64,000 nucleotides of DNA, taken from positions 9,962 to 73,961 of the IMG/VR virus record IMGVR_UViG_3300021255_003500. One strand, written 5' to 3'. Below, piece by piece: positions 22,092-29,523 of this stretch. The translations under genes and the position numbers were made by a program. Positions within the stretch are counted from its first letter, which is position 1. Each line of letters opens with the position of its first letter. Origin of the DNA: a virus. Taxonomy: Duplodnaviria; Heunggongvirae; Uroviricota; Caudoviricetes. Under the pieces are notes generated by a model, which was not told the DNA's origin, ran no database searches, and worked only from the letters and a program-made list of their open reading frames with translations.

Positions 22092-22120
22092 TTGATTAAC
22101 AGCCAAGTAAACGATATACT
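22092..22120 (+). promoter_or_regulatory. Candidate sigma70-like promoter (TTGATT-N17-TATACT) for small peptide gene copy 1.
   Basis: Hexamers and spacing read from the sequence. Not experimentally supported. Confidence 0.3.
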
Positions 22121-22318
22121 GCTTGAGTGGACGAAGGCAGCACGGAGGGAGGTGATACGCATGAAGAAAATGAAACTCAACCATGCGATCCAGGTGGCCA
22201 AGACTTAGCTCTCGGTTGCCGCCGATCTTATTACCATTTATTTATTCATCAGAATATTAATTGGTTAATTAGATGACAAGATTCCAATGAAATGTTTTGC
22301 CTTCGTCCACTCAAGCAG
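22119..22318. repeat. Perfect 21-bp inverted repeat pair (22119-22139 and 22298-22318) bracketing the 35-aa TAG-containing peptide gene.
   Basis: ctgcttgagtggacgaaggca versus its exact reverse complement tgccttcgtccactcaagcag. Confidence 0.7.
22161..22268 (+). CDS. Small peptide, 35 codons (MKKMKLNHAIQVAKT-TAG-LSVAADLITIYLFIRILIG), with an internal TAG at 22206-22208. Paralog of 23740..23847.
   Basis: Strong RBS GGAGGGAGGTGA. Protein-level conservation with copy 2 on both sides of the TAG. Opposite strand to the flanking genes. Confidence 0.55.
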
Positions 22319-22323
22319 CAACC

Positions 22324-22359
22324 ATCAAGGGCGATCACAGAAAATTCCATGATCGCCCT
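22324..22359. terminator. 11-bp stem hairpin (CAAGGGCGATC...GATCGCCCTTG) between the small plus-strand gene and the minus-strand gene 22377..22856.
   Basis: Inverted repeat read from the sequence. Flanking T/A runs are weak. Confidence 0.35.
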
Positions 22360-22376
22360 TGATTGAAAAGCTGGTT

Positions 22377-22856
22377 TTATTCAGATAATTCTGCTCCTGG
22401 CAGATCTTCCAGTGTCCAAGCCCAGGTTATTCCATAGTCCCAAAACGAATAGATGTTGTCATCATGGCCATGTTTGCCACGAAGATAATAAATACAATCA
22501 TGGTTGATTCCGAGATCGTTATTCCCGTCTTTCTTTTCGATGTATATCACTTTCTCCTCATCTGTTGATCCACCATGTATTGTACCATAAAACCCTTTCG
22601 TTGCTGGGTTGAGAAACCTGGACGCAATACTGACTTGAATCTTTTGCCGCATGGAAGTCAGCTGATTTAATTGGATTTGCAGCTCTTCCAACTTTTCGCT
22701 TTTTGCTGCAAGCTCATCTCGAAGATCATTCTTCTCTGCGGTTATGACATCAATCAATTGCAATGCGTGTTTTGCCGTAGTAGCAGCGCTTTCATTGCCA
22801 TGCGTAGCTTGCCAATGCAATTCGCGAAGAACATGGTTGTCTTCGATATAAGCCAC
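22377..22856 (-). CDS. Hypothetical protein with coiled-coil content.
   Basis: ORF with TAA stop. Start codon is uncertain (GTG). Confidence 0.45.
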   Translation of the reverse strand: MAYIEDNHVLRELHWQATHGNESAATTAKHALQLIDVITAEKNDLRDELAAKSEKLEELQIQLNQLTSMRQKIQVSIASRFLNPATKGFYGTIHGGSTDEEKVIYIEKKDGNNDLGINHDCIYYLRGKHGHDDNIYSFWDYGITWAWTLEDLPGAELSE

Positions 22857-22879
22857 TCCTTTCTGTCTCTCGACTTTTA

Positions 22880-23041
22880 TCAGTGTTTCTTCATAAAGTA
22901 ATAATACTCATCTTTTTGAGCAGAGTCTTGGTCGATCGCATAGTTTCTCTGGATTCGACGTACAGCTTCTTTGGCAGTTTCAAACACACCGCAGAATTCT
23001 TCGCGTCCTGAACTTAAATGCCTGCTGTAAACGTAATACAT
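22880..23041 (-). CDS. Hypothetical small protein (53 aa).
   Basis: ATG preceded by GGAGGA. Not in the ORF track because it is under 60 aa. Confidence 0.3.
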   Translation of the reverse strand: MYYVYSRHLSSGREEFCGVFETAKEAVRRIQRNYAIDQDSAQKDEYYYFMKKH

Positions 23042-23042
23042 G

Positions 23043-23249
23043 TTAATCCTCCGTCTCGTTTAGACAATTGTTAATATACTGACGCAGATACATGATCGTA
23101 TCCAGGGAATCTTGCAGCAGTGGAGCAAGAGATTGGCATGTGCCATACTGGTCGTCGCTGTAAGGGCAGTGATCACACGCATTGCTTGTTGGATCTTTCT
23201 GCAGCTGAATGCATTTCTTTAGCCCTGAAGTAAGCCAGAGTAATTCCAT
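23043..23249 (-). CDS. Hypothetical Cys-containing small protein.
   Basis: ORF with TAA stop. Confidence 0.4.
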   Translation of the reverse strand: MELLWLTSGLKKCIQLQKDPTSNACDHCPYSDDQYGTCQSLAPLLQDSLDTIMYLRQYINNCLNETED

Positions 23250-23255
23250 GATGCG

Positions 23256-23627
23256 TTACTCCTTTTCTTCTTCGGTTTCTTCAGCAAGCTCTTGGATAGG
23301 TTCTTCGGTTTCCTTGAAGGGGTCGTTCTCCTTCTCACCGGCGGAGCGCATTTCCAGATCCAGTTCTTTCCACGCGGCATGAATGGCGTTTATCACGTCG
23401 TCCGTATTCACATTGAAGCCTTTGTTGCGCATGACTTCGATCGCGTAAGCCAGCTTATCGTCACCATGATAGCGACCATAAACAGCCTCTGCAGCAGAGA
23501 CGGCGATCAGGGCGGCTTCGTACAGGTTGTTGGTCTTCAGCCACGGTATCACATGCTTCAGACCAATGATGCCAAGCACAGAGAAAAGCAGACTGACAAC
23601 CAGGATCACAATTTGAGTATAGTCCAT
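23256..23627 (-). CDS. LL-H-type holin-like membrane protein.
   Basis: ATG at 23627 with RBS GGAGGTG. N-terminal TM helix (IVILVVSLLFSVLGIIG) and a charged C-terminus. Confidence 0.45.
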   Translation of the reverse strand: MDYTQIVILVVSLLFSVLGIIGLKHVIPWLKTNNLYEAALIAVSAAEAVYGRYHGDDKLAYAIEVMRNKGFNVNTDDVINAIHAAWKELDLEMRSAGEKENDPFKETEEPIQELAEETEEEKE

Positions 23628-23650
23628 AGCGGACACCTCCAGTAATAGTT

Positions 23651-23670
23651 TATCACACAGATGTGTGTGA
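23651..23670. promoter_or_regulatory. 20-bp perfect palindrome ATCACACAGATGTGTGTGAT. Operator-like site overlapping a candidate TTGCAA-N17-TATGCT promoter for peptide gene copy 2.
   Basis: Palindrome and hexamers read from the sequence. Confidence 0.35.
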
Positions 23671-23704
23671 TTGCAAAGGAATACGTTCTGTGATATGCTG
23701 CAAA

Positions 23705-23889
23705 AGCGGACGCAGGCGTTACGAAAGGAAGTGATACGCATGAAGAAAACAAAATTCAGTCATGCGATCAGGGTGGCGAAGACTTAGCTCTCTGTCACCG
23801 CCGATCTGATAACCATCTACATGTTCCTTCGTATGTTGTTTGGTTAACTTATCAGACTAAATTCCCTTGAGTTCTTGTCTGCGTCCGCT
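23705..23889. repeat. 11-bp inverted repeat pair (23705-23715 and 23879-23889) bracketing peptide gene copy 2.
   Basis: agcggacgcag versus ctgcgtccgct. Confidence 0.5.
23740..23847 (+). CDS. Small peptide, 35 codons (MKKTKFSHAIRVAKT-TAG-LSVTADLITIYMFLRMLFG), with an internal TAG at 23785-23787.
   Basis: RBS AAAGGAAGTGA. Paralog of 22161..22268. Followed by a strong terminator. Confidence 0.55.
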
Positions 23890-23906
23890 CAAGCATTTGT
23901 TTTAAG

Positions 23907-23948
23907 ATGGAGGCCGGGCCCTTTGGTGGGCCCGTCCTCTTTTTTCAT
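23907..23948 (+). terminator. Rho-independent terminator (GGAGGCCGGGCCC-TTTGGT-GGGCCCGTCCTC followed by TTTTTT).
   Basis: GC-rich stem followed by a T-run. Confidence 0.55.
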
Positions 23949-23952
23949 CGTG

Positions 23953-24333
23953 TTACATCAGGTTGGATCTCTGAGGAGGAATAGCAGCAGAATCTTCTGC
24001 CACAACGTTACGATCATCCGGGAAATCCTTGATGCAGGTTGCGACAGCCAGCTGGTTGGTATGGGTGATCGTCGCGCATGCCCACCCATCATTCAGCATG
24101 GCTGCCAGCTCCGTGTCAAACACTTTGAAATCGGCAGGTGTCTTTGTCTGCCGGCAGATCGTATGTACTTTGAACATAAAATCTCCTTTGCGCTGGCTTA
24201 ATTGTAGGTTTGCCTGAACGCGCCTTCGGCGTCCAGGAAATTCTGGCGCAGAATATAAGCCGTGCCAGCGTCTGACACAGCTTTTACCGTGGTGAAGCAG
24301 CGCCAATGCGAACCGGTGACAGGCGCTGACCAA
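23953..24333 (-). CDS. Hypothetical protein. Start is uncertain and may be the internal Met near 24178.
   Basis: ORF with TAA stop. Confidence 0.35.
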   Translation of the reverse strand: MVSACHRFALALLHHGKSCVRRWHGLYSAPEFPGRRRRVQANLQLSQRKGDFMFKVHTICRQTKTPADFKVFDTELAAMLNDGWACATITHTNQLAVATCIKDFPDDRNVVAEDSAAIPPQRSNLM

Positions 24334-24488
24334 TAGGGATCAAACTCGGCATGAAACCACACCTTTTCAACGGTAAAGTAGCCGATCGTCGGTGAGAAAT
24401 ACCGGTTGCCCAGGAAGGAATGCTTCCAGACCCTGCATTTGTAATGCATGATCTGTGGATTCGTTTCGTTCAATCTTCTGGGGATCAT
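24198..24488 (-). CDS. Hypothetical protein.
   Basis: ORF with TAA stop. Confidence 0.4.
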   Translation of the reverse strand: MIPRRLNETNPQIMHYKCRVWKHSFLGNRYFSPTIGYFTVEKVWFHAEFDPYWSAPVTGSHWRCFTTVKAVSDAGTAYILRQNFLDAEGAFRQTYN

Positions 24489-24715
24489 AGTTTCTCCTTG
24501 TAGACAGGCTCCACATCATCATAGAAGACGATATCCCAGCCGTTCTGTCCGGATAGGGCATCGTTGATGCAGCGCTCGATGAATTGCTTGTTCACGGTCT
24601 TCAGCAGCGTGTTTCCGTTTCGCAATTCGATGAGCATCTTTCCTGTTCTGGGATTGAGCACTGCCTTTTCCTTGTCTGTTTTCCGTGTCAGCATCATGTA
24701 GCGCAATGGTATCAC
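24485..24715 (-). CDS. Hypothetical protein.
   Basis: ORF with TGA stop overlapping the next start. Confidence 0.4.
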   Translation of the reverse strand: MIPLRYMMLTRKTDKEKAVLNPRTGKMLIELRNGNTLLKTVNKQFIERCINDALSGQNGWDIVFYDDVEPVYKEKL

Positions 24716-24827
24716 CTGTTTCCTGTTTATTTAACTGGTTTTCAACATGAAAAACCTGGGTTAGGGATGAAAGATGAATAAGTCTTCGTCCTGAAAACGG
24801 TAACGAAAAATGCATCGTGTTTTCTGT

Positions 24828-25163
24828 TTATTTATCAGTGGCCAGATAACCCGAATGATTGATCAAGTTTGCCCAGTATTTCGCCTGCGCCTCGGTGAAG
24901 TCCATCAGGTCATCGTCGCTCAGGTTCACCATCAGGAAAGTGCCAACCAGTACGTCATAGGGGGAACCATCTGCACACAGCATGACCTTGTTAGCCGGAA
25001 GACCCATCAGCTTGCCTTCCTCGTTACAAACAATGCCTACCGTATCCTTGAAGGGATAGATCATCTGAATATAACCGCCTACTTCTTTCTGCAGTGCGTC
25101 CAGAGAATTCTCAATATCAATTACTTCAGCCATCTGACCGGGCTGTACACGAACAACTCTCAT
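24828..25163 (-). CDS. Hypothetical protein.
   Basis: ORF with TAA stop. Confidence 0.45.
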   Translation of the reverse strand: MRVVRVQPGQMAEVIDIENSLDALQKEVGGYIQMIYPFKDTVGIVCNEEGKLMGLPANKVMLCADGSPYDVLVGTFLMVNLSDDDLMDFTEAQAKYWANLINHSGYLATDK

Positions 25164-25255
25164 ACGTTTCTCCTTTATTTATCGTTGCTGATTTTTGAAA
25201 CTGCTTGTTCTGCTATCGTATCTACGTCATAAGCATCAGTCCTTTCTGAAAATAG

Positions 25256-25328
25256 AGCCGGATATCGGATTTGAACCGATGACCTGCGCATTACAAGTGC
25301 GCCGCTCTGCCAGCTGAGCTAATCCGGC
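25256..25328 (-). tRNA. tRNA-Thr (anticodon UGU).
   Basis: Hand-folded cloverleaf GCCGGAT / D-arm TAGCTCAGCTGGCAGAGC / anticodon loop CTTGTAA / T-arm GGTTCAAATCC. Confidence 0.8.
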
Positions 25329-25333
25329 AATTG

Positions 25334-26085
25334 TCACGACACTGCTTGTACATCGATACTATCAATGTAAAGCAAGAGTTCTTTTTTACGATAAGGCAGT
25401 CCGTATTTTTTTAACCATTTGGTGACAGCATGTCCAGTAACATCATACCGTCTTGCGATTTCAGATAAGTTGCATGACGTATCTTCTAACAGTTTAATCA
25501 ACGCATCCTTTGAAGGCATAAGCACACGTTTGGGTATTTGTGCCATCATGTCATTCGCGTATTGCCAACGGTATCCACCAGCAGTTTTGGTAATACCTCT
25601 AACGCAACTGTTGATGCAACTTACATGAACGTTGGATTGCTTAGACGCTTCTGCCAGAGAATTATATGTGGCCATCAATTCTCCAGACAAACTATATTGC
25701 TGCACTGCTCTTCCTTTTCTGGGCTTACGTAAATTATTTTCATAAGCGTGTATTAAATTGTCCTAATACGTTGCCCACTCTAAATTATCAACACAATTAT
25801 TCGTCTTGTTTCCATCTTTATGATTGATCTCGTCTTTCTGATCTTCTTGATTTAAGAAAGCTTCTGCTACACACCTGTGAACGTAGACTTTCTTAAATGA
25901 ACCGTCTTTTCTTGCAGAAAAGCATAAGTATCCGCTGTTATCTACTTGCGGATGCATTATACTCTCACGAACGGTCATCGTTTGTTTGCCGCATTTGACA
26001 ACACGCTTTACGCTGCGTATGTTTCCTTGGTTGCTTACATCATAGTAACCTTCATATCCAACTACAGGTCTCCATTCTTCGATAG
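25334..26085 (-). CDS. HNH homing endonuclease with NUMOD4 and HNH domains and a C-terminal HTH DNA-binding domain. In-frame TAG at 25763-25765.
   Basis: Track ORFs 25763..26263 and 25334..25705 share a frame. The former ends in TAG. Readthrough gives ...NLEWATY(TAG)DNLIHAYEN..., which matches the conserved HNH_3 NLEW.T..EN..HA motif. The N-terminal 50 aa of the track ORF overlap tRNA genes, so the start is probably TTG near 26085. Confidence 0.6.
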
Positions 26086-26110
26086 TAACCAACTCCTTTG
26101 CAAAGATAAG

Positions 26111-26194
26111 CGCGGTGTGAAGGATTTGAACCTTCGGAGCCAACGGCTCAACGGTTTTCAAGACCGCCGCAATCAACCGCTCTGCCAACACCGC
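26111..26194 (-). tRNA. tRNA-Ser (anticodon UGA). Class II tRNA with a long variable arm and G73.
   Basis: GCGGTGT / TTGGCAGAGCGGTTGATTGC / GCGGT-CTTGAAA-ACCGT / variable arm GAGCCGTTGGCTC / GGTTCAAATCC. Confidence 0.8.
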
Positions 26195-26200
26195 AAAGGG

Positions 26201-26285
26201 CGTGGAGTAGAGGATTTGAACCTCTGGAGGCTTCCACCTCGACGGTTTTAGAGACCGCTGCAATAAACCGCTCTGCCAACTCCAC
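26201..26285 (-). tRNA. Amber suppressor tRNA (anticodon CUA). It is a tandem paralog of tRNA-Ser(UGA), with a long variable arm and discriminator G73.
   Basis: GTGGAGT / TTGGCAGAGCGGTTTATTGC / GCGGT-CTCTAAA-ACCGT / variable arm GAGGTGGAAGCCTC / AGAGGTTCAAATCCTCT / ACTCCAC-G. The loop CT-CTA-AA gives anticodon CUA. Confidence 0.8.
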
Positions 26286-26539
26286 GTAAAAAACAGCCCG
26301 AATGCTTTCGCTTCACCACAAAACTACTCGCATATTTACGTAGGGGTTCGGGCTTGTCGACCCCTGCCGGTTTGTCAGTTCCGGCAACTGGTACCTTTGT
26401 CGCATGGTGGTGCATCATGCGGTAGGCGTACAGTTCCTGCGGGGAACATCCCCGCTTCAGATGGACCCGGACCTTTCGGTCAGCCCAGACATATGCCCCG
26501 AGCGCTACTTTCCTGATCAACGGATAGTTTTACAGGGCA

Positions 26540-26626
26540 TCAGTCGTCCTTTCCAATTCGAAAGACGCAGCACAGACAGAAGCCTGCGCATACGCCCAGC
26601 AGAAAAGTAAAAAGAATAGCCATCAT
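26540..26626 (-). CDS. 28-aa hydrophobic Cys-rich peptide (MMAILFTFLLGVCAGFCLCCVFRIGKDD), translationally coupled to the NifS stop (ATGATG overlapping TGA).
   Basis: Start codons overlap the NifS stop, with RBS GGAGAAA. Confidence 0.3.
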   Translation of the reverse strand: MMAILFTFLLGVCAGFCLCCVFRIGKDD

Positions 26627-27750
26627 CGTTTCTCCTGTAAGGTTTCCCGAATTTCGTTGGCTGCCTCCACCAGAATGTCGGCAGCTTTCATAATGTCTGA
26701 CAAAGAAGTGTCTTCTGTCAGTGTCAGACGGATGGAAGACAGAGCTTCCTCATCTGTCAGACCGATCGCTTTCAGTACGCGGCTGGGCTGCAGATCGCCA
26801 GAAGTACAGGCAGAGCCGGTAGAGATATACAGCTGCTTCATTTCCGCCCGGATGATCAGTACTTCAGCCGGGACATCCGGAATGCAAATGTTGCAGTTGT
26901 TCGGCAGCCGTTTGTTGCTCGCAATGGTTCCGTTTACAAAGGCTCCGGGTATTCTCTGCAGCAACTGTTTGATCAGAATGTCTCTGTTCTGCTCCATCCG
27001 ATGGATCAGCTCCGGATATGCTGTCACTTCTTTCGCTGCGTCCGCCATTTCCACAAAGCCTTCGACATTCTCTGTTCCGGCACGCAGTCCAAGCTCCTGA
27101 GAGCCGCCATGAATCAGCGGATCCAGCTTTGTTCCTTCGCGAACATATAAGGCGCCGGTCCCCTTGGGTCCATGGAACTTATGCCCAGAGATGGACAGCA
27201 GATCGACGCCCAGATCATTGACATCGATGGGGATCTGGGTGAATGCCTGCACCGCGTCGGTGTGCAGCAGGATATTCCGATCGCCGATTACCTGTTTAAT
27301 CTGTTTGATGGGCTGAATGCTGCCGATCTCGTTGTTCGCCAGCATGATGCTGATCAGGATCGTCTGATCCGTGATCGCAGACGCTACCTGTTCCGGGAGC
27401 ACAAAACCCTCATCCGTAACGGGCAGGTAAGTCACACGAAAGCCATGCTTTTCCAGCCACTTGCAGCTGTTGTAGACAGCAGAGTGCTCGATCTGCGTGG
27501 TGATGATGTGGTTGCCGCGATCCTGGTTGGCAAAAGCAGCGCCTTTAATCGCCAGGTTGTCGCTCTCGGAGCCTCCGGAGGTCAGAATGATCTCCTTCGG
27601 CTGAGCATGCAGCAGGTTCGCAATGGTTTCCCTGGCATCGTTCAGTGCGTACGCTGCCCTCCGTCCGAGTAAATAAGGAGCTGACGGGTTTCCGACCAGC
27701 TCGCTTTGGGCATACCGTCTTGTGGTAGCCGCGTTGTCCAGATAGATCAT
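26623..27750 (-). CDS. NifS/IscS-like cysteine desulfurase (class V aminotransferase).
   Basis: Motifs SGGSESDNLAIKGAA and ISGHKFHGPKGTGALYV. Likely start is MIYLDNAATT with ATGA overlap to the upstream gene. Confidence 0.8.
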   Translation of the reverse strand: MIYLDNAATTRRYAQSELVGNPSAPYLLGRRAAYALNDARETIANLLHAQPKEIILTSGGSESDNLAIKGAAFANQDRGNHIITTQIEHSAVYNSCKWLEKHGFRVTYLPVTDEGFVLPEQVASAITDQTILISIMLANNEIGSIQPIKQIKQVIGDRNILLHTDAVQAFTQIPIDVNDLGVDLLSISGHKFHGPKGTGALYVREGTKLDPLIHGGSQELGLRAGTENVEGFVEMADAAKEVTAYPELIHRMEQNRDILIKQLLQRIPGAFVNGTIASNKRLPNNCNICIPDVPAEVLIIRAEMKQLYISTGSACTSGDLQPSRVLKAIGLTDEEALSSIRLTLTEDTSLSDIMKAADILVEAANEIRETLQEKR

Positions 27751-27986
27751 CACTTGCCTCCCTGACATTCCCGGATATGAAGCCACTCATCCAGGTACTG
27801 GTTGAACTCTTCGATCGTCTTGTTGTACTTTGCAGCAAGGCATTTTTCACAGGTTGGGCGTTCCTTCAGCGCATTGCAGCAGCGCTCATCCCACTTGTTC
27901 AGTCGCTTTTTGCAGATGTGGCAGTGCCATTCGGTCCACTGCTGCATCTTCGTCTCTCGCATGTTTGCCATCAGATCACCGCTCAC
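27750..27986 (-). CDS. Small Cys-rich (Zn-finger-like) protein.
   Basis: CHIC...CC...CEKC pattern. Confidence 0.45.
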   Translation of the reverse strand: MSGDLMANMRETKMQQWTEWHCHICKKRLNKWDERCCNALKERPTCEKCLAAKYNKTIEEFNQYLDEWLHIRECQGGK

Positions 27987-28726
27987 TTAGGTTCCGTGCA
28001 GAACAAGATGCCGTCACGGTTTTCAAAGATATCGTTGGCGATATTCTGGCACAGCGTCGTCTGATTGCCATAGGGATCGCCCAGATTGTCGTTGTAGAAC
28101 TGCACGGTGCGGTCCTTGAAGATCACGAAGTCACGGGGCATCTGACCGCCTTCGGCATAAACGCAGGAGAACACAGGGTTGTTTTCGAAAGCCGCAGCGT
28201 AGGTCTCCAGCAGCGTCTCGTCGTCTTCGTCAATGGGGTTCACAACGATCTTCAGCAGCGTATTGCCGTAAACTTTCTGGGAAGGAAGGATCTTCTGCAG
28301 CGCAGCAGCCTTCTTCCGGTTGCGCACATGCAGACGGACTTCATTGGAGGCCTCGTTGTACTCCACGCTGATCTCAGGATCTTCGCTGAACAGGGCATTG
28401 ATCATGCGATACATGGTAACCCAGGGTGCGCTGAGCTTGATTTGCTGTGTCATGGAAACACTCTCCTCGTATTGAATTTCAGCTTTCTGCTGGCTCATCC
28501 GGTCCAGCTGTTTCAGATCAGCCACAGGCCAATTCATTGCAGGACCGGCAAGACTTTTATCGTTGGTTTTTGAACGGCAGATCGGACAGGAACAATGGAT
28601 TTTATTCTTGCTGTACTGATGCAAATTGTTGTACCACGGATGCTTATCGCAGTAAACATCACTGATCCGCTTCTTGCGGACTGCTTTCTGCCAGTCTCTG
28701 TGACGGCGTTCAGCGGCTGTTCTCAT
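27983..28726 (-). CDS. Hypothetical protein.
   Basis: ORF with TGA stop. Confidence 0.45.
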   Translation of the reverse strand: MRTAAERRHRDWQKAVRKKRISDVYCDKHPWYNNLHQYSKNKIHCSCPICRSKTNDKSLAGPAMNWPVADLKQLDRMSQQKAEIQYEESVSMTQQIKLSAPWVTMYRMINALFSEDPEISVEYNEASNEVRLHVRNRKKAAALQKILPSQKVYGNTLLKIVVNPIDEDDETLLETYAAAFENNPVFSCVYAEGGQMPRDFVIFKDRTVQFYNDNLGDPYGNQTTLCQNIANDIFENRDGILFCTEPK

Positions 28727-28755
28727 AAGATCTCCTCCGTCTATTTATGGGGATA

Positions 28756-28842
28756 TGGTGCTGGCGGCGGGATTTGAACCCGCAAACTCGATTGAGTGAC
28801 AGATTTTAAGTCTGTTGCGTATGCCGATTCCGCCACGCCAGC
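28756..28842 (-). tRNA. tRNA-Leu (anticodon UAA). CCA is encoded.
   Basis: GCTGGCG...anticodon loop CTTAAAA...long variable arm...GGTTCAAATCC...CGCCAGC-A-CCA. Confidence 0.75.
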
Positions 28843-28845
28843 ATG

Positions 28846-28920
28846 TTGTCCAGCTGGGACTTGAACCCAGAACCACCGCTTTATAAGAACGGCACTCTAA
28901 CCGATTGAGTTACTGGACAG
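28846..28920 (-). tRNA. tRNA-Ile (anticodon UAU), an AUA decoder.
   Basis: TGTCCAG / ACTC...GAGT / CCGTT-CTTATAA-AGCGG / CTGGGTTCAAGTCCCAG / CTGGACA-A. Confidence 0.65.
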
Positions 28921-28993
28921 TCGAGGTATTCGGACTCGAACCGAAAGCCTGATGCTCCCAAAGCACCCGCTCTGCCAATTGCGCTATACCTCG
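28921..28993 (-). tRNA. tRNA-Pro (anticodon UGG).
   Basis: CGAGGTA / GCGC...GAGCG / GGTGC-TTTGGGA-GCATC / GGTTCGAGTCC / TACCTCG-A. Confidence 0.75.
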
Positions 28994-29032
28994 TTGTGTC
29001 ACGTATCTTATATAAGATACGTGACAAGATAA

Positions 29033-29356
29033 TTAGTAGCCGTAGTCATCCGGCTGCTGCTGCAGCCATTCGTCCAAGCAGATCTGCCCTGCGCAGAGCT
29101 GCGGCCAGATCTTCCCGATGTCCAGTTGCTGCAATTCCAGCATCCGCTCTCCGACGAAGCGGAGATCCCAGCCTTCATCATTGTAAGTCCAGTAAGCAAT
29201 CGTATAACAATACTGCCTGCCGTTTCTGTCCTGCTTCCAATGCACCAACTCTACATAAGGTTTGTTATCGAGACTTGTTGTGGAACGCACTTCAAATTCG
29301 CCATGCTTCCAATGGAATTCAAATGGTGTTTCAATCTGTTTATTCATCTGCATCAT
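29033..29356 (-). CDS. Hypothetical protein.
   Basis: ORF with TAA stop. Confidence 0.4.
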   Translation of the reverse strand: MMQMNKQIETPFEFHWKHGEFEVRSTTSLDNKPYVELVHWKQDRNGRQYCYTIAYWTYNDEGWDLRFVGERMLELQQLDIGKIWPQLCAGQICLDEWLQQQPDDYGY

Positions 29357-29520
29357 CCTCTTTTATCTGATGAATCAGGGCGTAAGCCAAGTTGGTAACG
29401 CCACTGATATACTCAACATAAGATTTCATCTGACTCACGTCGTCTGTATCCATAGGTACATCGGCGTTTATAATCAGATCAAATGCATTGGTTTTAATCC
29501 AGTCGGATATTTTCTTCATA
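29341..29520 (-). CDS. Hypothetical small acidic protein (about 58 aa).
   Basis: ORF under 60 aa found by eye (MKKISDWIKTNAFDLI...). Confidence 0.25.
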
Positions 29521-29523
29521 GCT

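Noticed and set aside
26248-26520. 90-aa minus-strand ORF overlapping the suppressor tRNA gene.
   Set aside because: It overlaps a tRNA by 38 nt and lies in a hairpin-rich GC region. It is probably spurious, although it is flagged above as a possible ncRNA region.
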